A stretch of 55,871 nucleotides of DNA, taken from a virus (taxonomy: Duplodnaviria; Caudoviricetes). The notes under the pieces were generated by a model that was not told the origin of the DNA, did no database searches, and worked only from the letters and a program-made list of their open reading frames with translations. Position 1 is the stretch's first letter; every line of letters starts with the position of its first letter. The stretch lies in the IMG/VR virus record IMGVR_UViG_3300044950_000794, positions 1 through 55,871 of that record; one strand, 5' to 3'. Of this stretch, positions 50,402 through 55,871 are shown one piece after another. The translations under genes were made by a program, and so were the position numbers.

Positions 50402-52209
50402 GGTGTTACCTCGGTCACCGGGGCTTCCCAGACGTAGTTGCCACCCATAGCATCCGCGCGGCGGGTACTGTGCGTGCTCCGGGCGGTTGCCTGTTCATGG
50501 CTGGCTCCACCGGCACACCACTTGACGTCCCGGTGGGTGCTCACCGTTGCCGCTCGTTGGGTGCTTCTACTTACCGTCGCTGTGGGCACCTTGCGAGTGC
50601 GCTTGCGAGTAGCTTTCACCGCGTCCCCGTCACCGGGGCTGGGTGCGATGGGTGGCTCGGGCGGTGCGGCTGGGCTGGTGGCCACGAAGTCACCGGTAAC
50701 GGGGTCCACGCGCTGCCCCCTTGAGAACTCGAAGGGCATGTCTCCCCACCCGTCTTCTACCATCGCGATACGCATGTCAAACATGGTGTTGGCCAGTTCA
50801 ATAGCGATGTTGGGGGTCATAGCACCGAGTTGCTCAAACGTCTTGAGCGCTGCCATGATGGCGCTCTCGTCGTGGATACGCGGCGGGTTTGACTTGTACC
50901 GCCAGAACCGCATGGGCCGTCCGTTGTATGTTAGAATGTGGTAGTTGAACAGGTCGTCAGTCTGGGCGCGCTCAGGGCCGAACACTTGACTTTCCGCCAA
51001 GGTCAACGAAGCCTGCGCCACGGCCATGCGCACTTCCTCGGTCAAGCCCGTAAAGATAGCGGGCAGGCGGAAGGATGAACGTATCTTCTTGGCGCTGTTG
51101 CTCTCGTATTCTTGGAAGAATGCGTCCTGTGGCCGCACCTGCATCAGCGGCTCAAGTCGGATATCGGGGCGCTGGATAGTGCCCTTGTCCGAGGCGGCCA
51201 TGTCATCGCCCTTGACCTCAAGCATGACGATCTTGTTTTGCATACCCGTACCACGGGCTTGCTGGATAACGCTCTTGAAGTCGGCCTGCCCCTGCGTGGA
51301 CAACGCACCCCCAAGGATAAGCAACATCATGGCCGGTATACCGTTGTCCTTGAAGTACCCGAGGTTCAGAGTTTCGCTCTCTTGGATGCCCAAGACAGAT
51401 CGCAGGTCACCAATCCAGCGTGGCGCTCCGTAGCGCGATCCGGGGGCGTAGTGCATGTCAATAAGCATATCTGATGCCGCGTCGTCTTGGCCCTCGGCGG
51501 CCATAGCCCTGCCCGTGGTGGCGCTGATAGCCCGAGTGTCGCCCACCTCCCGGAAGTAGGCGCGCTTTGAACCCACCATCTGCACAAGACGGCGAAACCG
51601 GGTCTTGACCTGCATCATGTTGTCACGAGCACCCGGCCTCGGCATGTAGCGCGCGGCCACTGTAACCTCTGTGTCCTGCGTCGTCACCCGCACTGTGTAG
51701 CTTGGGGCGTGGTGTAGCACGTCAGGGAAGCCATCGTCGGGGTTCCGCACTATTTCGATTGTGCCATACCCCGCGCTCTCCTTGTCGATACGGAAGCGTT
51801 TGCGGAGGTCAATCAGCGAGTACTCGCCATTCGGGTGGTCAAGCAAGCCACTTGCACGGGTGTACTCCTCGACTGCCTCAGAGGTATCTTGGCCGCCTTC
51901 AGGCCCCACGTACTCAAGGGTGTACCCGAAACCATCCACGTTTGTAGCCATGGCTTCGATACACGTGCGTAGAACCCCGCTCGACATGGCGTGCTTGTTC
52001 AAGGTTATTGGTGGGTACATCGGCTCAAGGACCGCGAAGCCCGATGCCGCTCCCCCGTAGATGCCCGCGAACTCGTCCTCAAGCTGTTTCGTCAACTGAG
52101 CCTTCAGGGCCTTGTAGTACTCACCAACCTCTGGCGTCTGGGCCACGGTGGTGGTTAGGTGACTAAGGCCCGTGTATTCCTCGGCGCGCTTGCGTGTTCT
52201 GACGTTCAT
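50398..52209 (-). CDS. Portal protein (PBSX family)
   Basis: D.E..GYG..EI.R, YG.PRW, N..YF..NG.P, D..F..Y......I.S.FRLP and AE.QVF.PER motifs. Confidence 0.92.
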   Translation of the reverse strand: MNVRTRKRAEEYTGLSHLTTTVAQTPEVGEYYKALKAQLTKQLEDEFAGIYGGAASGFAVLEPMYPPITLNKHAMSSGVLRTCIEAMATNVDGFGYTLEYVGPEGGQDTSEAVEEYTRASGLLDHPNGEYSLIDLRKRFRIDKESAGYGTIEIVRNPDDGFPDVLHHAPSYTVRVTTQDTEVTVAARYMPRPGARDNMMQVKTRFRRLVQMVGSKRAYFREVGDTRAISATTGRAMAAEGQDDAASDMLIDMHYAPGSRYGAPRWIGDLRSVLGIQESETLNLGYFKDNGIPAMMLLILGGALSTQGQADFKSVIQQARGTGMQNKIVMLEVKGDDMAASDKGTIQRPDIRLEPLMQVRPQDAFFQEYESNSAKKIRSSFRLPAIFTGLTEEVRMAVAQASLTLAESQVFGPERAQTDDLFNYHILTYNGRPMRFWRYKSNPPRIHDESAIMAALKTFEQLGAMTPNIAIELANTMFDMRIAMVEDGWGDMPFEFSRGQRVDPVTGDFVATSPAAPPEPPIAPSPGDGDAVKATRKRTRKVPTATVSRSTQRAATVSTHRDVKWCAGGASHEQATARSTHSTRRADAMGGNYVWEAPVTEVTP

Positions 52210-52242
52210 AGGTTTCTAGCCCCTGTATATACCCGTTGCCCG

Positions 52243-52271
52243 ACCCTAGATAATAGCTGAGGTGCGGTCAA
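52243..52271 (-). promoter_or_regulatory. Candidate promoter for the portal/head operon
   Basis: TTGACC-N17-TAGGGT on the minus strand, intergenic, without the operator. Confidence 0.45.
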
Positions 52272-52299
52272 CCACCCTATGCGGCTGCCCCGGCGTATG

Positions 52300-52668
52300 C
52301 TACCGGCGCGTGGACCTCATAACCAGCCCGTTACCCTGCGCGTCCCTGAACAGCAGGAGTGCGTCATCCCATGAGGTGTAGACGTAGTCGACCCTAAGCC
52401 ATCCCCCGGTCTGCCCGTTGTGTCTGGATATCCTTAGGGTCATCGTGATCGCGTGGTGCGGTACAGCGTTGTAGTTGTCGGGGTCTATCGGTCTTGAGCA
52501 TGCTAACGCACCGGGGGTAAGCCATAGCACCGGAAACCGTACGGATGGATACAGGTGGTCAACGCTGAAAGAGCGGGAGAGGCTGCCCACCCATATGGGG
52601 CTGCCCTCCACGCCGGGAGCATCGAGTGCAATGACCGGTAAGCCCACGGGCGCGGCCACCATCACCAT
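52300..52668 (-). CDS. Hypothetical protein
   Basis: Coupled to the upstream gene; no motif recognised. Confidence 0.5.
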   Translation of the reverse strand: MVMVAAPVGLPVIALDAPGVEGSPIWVGSLSRSFSVDHLYPSVRFPVLWLTPGALACSRPIDPDNYNAVPHHAITMTLRISRHNGQTGGWLRVDYVYTSWDDALLLFRDAQGNGLVMRSTRR

Positions 52669-53249
52669 AGCATAAGCCCCGCACGTGTTGCCCGCTCCAT
52701 GAGGTCTTGGGGTACGTTGCGTCTGACGAAGTTCCGCACCCGGTGCGGCGTAAGCACGTAACCGTCAAGGTGCATGATCCCTGACAACGCCTTTGCCACT
52801 ATGCGATGGTTGCCGTCTATCACGTGCGCCTGCGTGCCGTCTTCGGACAGTACGACCATCACTGGTTCGTCATAAGTGCCCTTGGCCTTGCGTATCGCGG
52901 CCACGTCCGCTGCGTCCTCAGCCTTCAGGTCGTTGCGCTGCATCATGCCCAGAACCTCGAGCAGTTCTAGTTCAATGCACACGGTGTCATCATTCCTCAG
53001 GTCTTCTCGTAGTGCCTTGACGTTGTACAGGTCTAGGATGCCGTCATGGTCATGCAGATACACCTCCGTAAGCGCCTTCTGGTCCGGGTTGGCCAGATAG
53101 TGAACTGCGGTCCCCGTGTAGTTTTGTCGGCAGTACCCGTGCTCATACCCAGAGAAATGCTCGTTGTACACCCCAGCCAACGGCCTCAGGTTCATGCCGC
53201 ACCGCACGCAAACGGTCGGGAACTTGTTCGGTAACTTCGTGTCAAGCAC
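52662..53249 (-). CDS. ParB/Srx-like domain protein with N-terminal CxxC-H-C knuckle
   Basis: EPVMV......HVIDGNHRI.KA...G motif; CVRC...H.YC. Confidence 0.7.
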   Translation of the reverse strand: MLDTKLPNKFPTVCVRCGMNLRPLAGVYNEHFSGYEHGYCRQNYTGTAVHYLANPDQKALTEVYLHDHDGILDLYNVKALREDLRNDDTVCIELELLEVLGMMQRNDLKAEDAADVAAIRKAKGTYDEPVMVVLSEDGTQAHVIDGNHRIVAKALSGIMHLDGYVLTPHRVRNFVRRNVPQDLMERATRAGLMLW

Positions 53250-54006
53250 GTGGGCGCTCCCTCTTCCTGATTGTGATCACGGGCTTGGTTGGCCGCGTGC
53301 GCTTGCGTATGGTTACCTCTGCGGCTTTACGCTTGCGGTCGCAGGCATTGGCATGAGGTACGAACTGCCGGTACCCCATGGTATAAGACACGTCTATCTT
53401 CGACCCGCTCAGGCTGTCGCCGTGCGTGACCCTGCCCGCTATGCCGCTCACGGATAGCTGCACATAGGCCATTCTGTACGCGCGCTCGGATAAGTCCGTC
53501 GCATCAACGAACATCACGGTGGATGGGTCGTAACCGGATTCACGCAGGTTTGACGCCAATGCGAGTACCATGGCCCCGGCCCCGACGGCTGGTTCGGCCA
53601 TGGTGAAGTAACCGTTGCTTTTAATGAGGGTGGGCACGTCGGTGCACTGCATAGCGGCCATCAGCTTACATACCTCAAAGGGCGTGAAGAACTGCCCTTG
53701 CTCGGCACGCAGCACACCTAGTTCACCCGCGAGCATCCCTAGATAATCCATGTTCGGGGAGTTCTCGAAGCACTCGGCTAGCAGGGCCGGGAACACTTTG
53801 CGAATGTCGTCTGCGGGCCACCGACTAACCTCCCGCATGTACCGCCCCTCTAGGGCATTGCGTCGGGCTTCGTCTGCTTTCGGGTCCAACTTGGCCAGTG
53901 CGCAGAAGGACAGTTCCAGAAAAGCATCAAACGCCTCAACTTGGTTGAAGCGTCTGGGCAACTGTCCATATAGTTTCAAGGCTTTGGCTAGGGCCGGGTG
54001 GGCCAT
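53242..54006 (-). CDS. N6-adenine methyltransferase-like (HsdM-type) protein, apparently lacking the catalytic NPP(Y/F)
   Basis: GQFFTP.EV..LM, EP.VG.G.M (motif I), D......MAYVQL and HGDSL motifs; no NPPY/F visible. Confidence 0.8.
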   Translation of the reverse strand: MAHPALAKALKLYGQLPRRFNQVEAFDAFLELSFCALAKLDPKADEARRNALEGRYMREVSRWPADDIRKVFPALLAECFENSPNMDYLGMLAGELGVLRAEQGQFFTPFEVCKLMAAMQCTDVPTLIKSNGYFTMAEPAVGAGAMVLALASNLRESGYDPSTVMFVDATDLSERAYRMAYVQLSVSGIAGRVTHGDSLSGSKIDVSYTMGYRQFVPHANACDRKRKAAEVTIRKRTRPTKPVITIRKRERPRA

Positions 54007-54056
54007 GTGTGTTCTCCCTCGCTGCCCACCCTTTGTAGCCCTATAGGGTTACCGTG

Positions 54057-54824
54057 TCAAGCGATTGGCCTTGTGCGCTTACGCGGTGCAGGCGGCTCAG
54101 TCGGTCTGACGGCGGCCTCGGCACTGTTAGGCCGCACCGGGTGCGCTACTTTGTCATGCTCAATCCTCACGCGTATCTGACGGCGCGTCTCCCATGCCGC
54201 CGTGTACTGTGCGTCTTGGAACAGCTTGGAAAATCCGGTCACGTGCTTCAGACGTGCCAACTCTTCAGGGATCATCCCGAGTTCGTTGCATATCTCCTTG
54301 TCGTCCCAGCCCTCCTCAAGCATGGCGAACACCATGCTGGCCATGCCGTCAATGGAGTGCTTACCCCGCGCCCGATTATGGCGCACCGTTGACGCCATGC
54401 GGTCGTTGATGGGCTTGTCAATCACAACGATGGGCAAGAGGCCACAGTTACGCTCGTGGATATCCGGGTTGTTCTTGCAGGTGAAGTACCGGTGGAAGCC
54501 GTCAACGATCACATACTTCCCTATGGTCTCGTCCCAGATGGTGACGACGGGCTGCGTGTATCCGTCATTCAGGATTGACAGATACAGAAGGCGCATTTCC
54601 TTCTCGGCCACTGAGTTGGGGTTGTAGTCGTTTGGCTGCACCATGTCCACGGGAACCCAGAGGATATTGTCAACCGGCTGCGCTGCCACCGGGGACAGTT
54701 CTTTGCTGAGGAACGTGCGGACCTCGCCTAGCCACCGCATAAGGGCTTGCGGGTCGTCTGTCCCGTGAGCCTCGTCAATCAGGGCCTTGGCCAGTGTGTC
54801 TGACATTGCGTGCATGGTGGTCAT
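54057..54824 (-). CDS. ibrB: IbrB-like ParB-family protein
   Basis: PVD...WVP...V..NDYNPN.VA..EM.LL..SI..DGYTQP.V, IVDGFHR, RMAST.RHNRARGKH, G..D.EI..ELG...EE..RL motifs. Confidence 0.88.
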   Translation of the reverse strand: MTTMHAMSDTLAKALIDEAHGTDDPQALMRWLGEVRTFLSKELSPVAAQPVDNILWVPVDMVQPNDYNPNSVAEKEMRLLYLSILNDGYTQPVVTIWDETIGKYVIVDGFHRYFTCKNNPDIHERNCGLLPIVVIDKPINDRMASTVRHNRARGKHSIDGMASMVFAMLEEGWDDKEICNELGMIPEELARLKHVTGFSKLFQDAQYTAAWETRRQIRVRIEHDKVAHPVRPNSAEAAVRPTEPPAPRKRTRPIA

Positions 54825-55871
54825 CCGTGTCTCCGTTCTGTTATGTCGCCACCTTTTCGCCCACGGTTCTTAGCGAACCGGCCATGGCTAGCGGCAAACG
54901 TGGTCAATTTCACCCCGTGGTAGTCATCGGTCAAGACCGCTTTGATCTGTGCTCTCACGAGGTCATGATGGGCTTCGATATCATAGTTGTCGCACCACCG
55001 CCTGAAGGTGGTGTGGAACAGGGTGCGTTTATCCGGGTCAGTGATCAAGTTGTCCACGAGGTGGTCACGGTACTCGTACCACGTGGCAAACATGGGCGGC
55101 AACGCCTTGGGGGCCATGAATTCCTTTTTGAGTTGCCCGACTGCGTGCACCCCGTGCACCCGGTGCACTAGGGCCTCGTAGGTCTGAGGCTCAATCTCTT
55201 GCAGGTAGTACAGGCTGGTCAGCGCAGTGTCGTGATGCAGGCTTGATACACGCATGTTTTGGACTGGAACACCATACCGGTACATATAATCGTAGATGCG
55301 GCAATAGGGCCATTCGTTGTCGTGGATGGCCTTCCAGATATCAGTGTATGACCAGTCGTAAAGCGGGTAGAAGGTGTAGTGGTCAATGGCTTTGTTTTCG
55401 ACCTTGCCCCACGTGCGGCCCTTGTAGGTGGCATAGGACGTCAGACCCTTCATGCGCGCCGGGCTTTCCTCGCACCGCACCCCGGCCAGCTTGCAGATAC
55501 GGCCATTCGGAAAGATGCTCTCGGCTACCTTTCCGAACAACTCGCCAAAGGTCAAGGTGCCAAACGTGTTCTCGTGGATGCTGTTAGGCTCCTTCTCACG
55601 CATCCACTTGTCGCCCTCGTTCCAGCAGTACAGCCACTCCACCTCGGTAGACGATCCGTTGGAAATGCGCAGCGGGCACTGAAGCCAGACGGGGATCACC
55701 CGTGGGTCGTTCATCACGTCTCTCACGTAGTCGATGGTGGCCGCATATTCAGCCTCTTGGTCAATGAACAGCACGTGCAGGGGCAGTCGCCCAAGTTCCC
55801 CGGCCACTTTGAGGGCCATGTTCAAGACCACCGTGCTATCCTTGCCGCCGCTGAAGTTCACGATGACGTTG
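54821..55871 (-). CDS. ibrA: IbrA-like PAPS-reductase family protein (5' end outside the window)
   Basis: FSGGKDS PP-loop, FIDQEAE, G.R.EES..R, YPLYDW...DIW, Y..IYD.MY..GV...MRVS motifs; ATGA-coupled to ibrB. Confidence 0.88.
   Translation of the reverse strand, partial: NVIVNFSGGKDSTVVLNMALKVAGELGRLPLHVLFIDQEAEYAATIDYVRDVMNDPRVIPVWLQCPLRISNGSSTEVEWLYCWNEGDKWMREKEPNSIHENTFGTLTFGELFGKVAESIFPNGRICKLAGVRCEESPARMKGLTSYATYKGRTWGKVENKAIDHYTFYPLYDWSYTDIWKAIHDNEWPYCRIYDYMYRYGVPVQNMRVSSLHHDTALTSLYYLQEIEPQTYEALVHRVHGVHAVGQLKKEFMAPKALPPMFATWYEYRDHLVDNLITDPDKRTLFHTTFRRWCDNYDIEAHHDLVRAQIKAVLTDDYHGVKLTTFAASHGRFAKNRGRKGGDITERRHG

Larger units (their letters stand above)
19508..54060 (-). promoter_or_regulatory. 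Twelve promoter-operator units TTGAC-NN-TGTAACCC-N4-GGTTTACA
   Basis: 19508-19534, 23300-23325, 24807-24833, 25942-25968, 28489-28515, 30890-30916, 33298-33324, 35590-35616, 36655-36680, 39313-39339, 43947-43973, 54034-54060. All are at gene boundaries, on the same strand, with -35/-10 spacing of 16-17 nt. Confidence 0.9.
6317..54145. repeat. Dispersed 13-bp palindrome CGCACCSGGTGCG, 20 exact copies
   Basis: Starts read by eye: 6317, 10043, 11906, 15518, 17761, 19134, 23272, 25043, 27625, 30928, 33271, 37792, 38782, 40587, 41533, 44505, 48194, 49434, 52735, 54133; variants at 26419 and 55155. Confidence 0.95.

Noticed and set aside
19508-54060. Operator as a host CtrA or alphaproteobacterial LexA box
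   Set aside because: It does not match TTAA-N7-TTAA or GTTC-N7-GTTC.
6317-54145. Repeats as a CRISPR array or MITE/REP family
   Set aside because: Copies are 13 or ~27 bp, kilobases apart, with no spacer periodicity, shared flanks, target duplications or cas/transposase genes.
391-55682. Plus-strand ORFs in the track (e.g. 14130-14789, 19493-20248, 46525-47229)
   Set aside because: They are antisense shadows of well-supported minus-strand genes in GC-rich DNA and show no recognisable motifs.
1-55871. tRNA/rRNA genes, integrase, terminase, lysis and replication genes
   Set aside because: No cloverleaf or diagnostic motifs found by eye; such genes probably lie outside the window, so lifestyle cannot be called.

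Overview
The window is a 55.9-kb slice of a GC-rich tailed-phage (siphovirus-like) genome, with essentially all credible genes on the minus strand. Reading right to left: an IbrA-like PAPS-reductase / IbrB-like ParB / methyltransferase-like / second ParB-like cluster; a PBSX-type head module (portal, gp7-like protein, XkdF protease, scaffold, major capsid, probable decoration protein, adaptor); a ~24.7-kb island of about 50 small accessory genes wedged between the head and tail genes; then neck and terminator, tail tube, a G/GT chaperone with a GGGAAAC -1 frameshift, tape measure, lambda-like M/L/K/I/J tail tip and three distal fibre proteins. I see no terminase, integrase, replication or lysis genes. 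Five layers are not explained by the gene list: (1) 20 exact copies of a 13-bp palindrome CGCACCSGGTGCG, one every ~1-4.5 kb, inside and between genes; (2) 12 copies of a sigma70-type promoter with an embedded TGTAACCC-N4-GGTTTACA operator; (3) a long hairpin whose loop is the alphaproteobacterial cuckoo-type anti-SD motif CCUCCUCCC; (4) a recurrent RKR(E/T)R-type basic tag on unrelated proteins; (5) an apparent donor-strand chaining pattern among the tail fibre proteins. An alphaproteobacterial host is an inference only. All family assignments come from motif recognition, not database searches.
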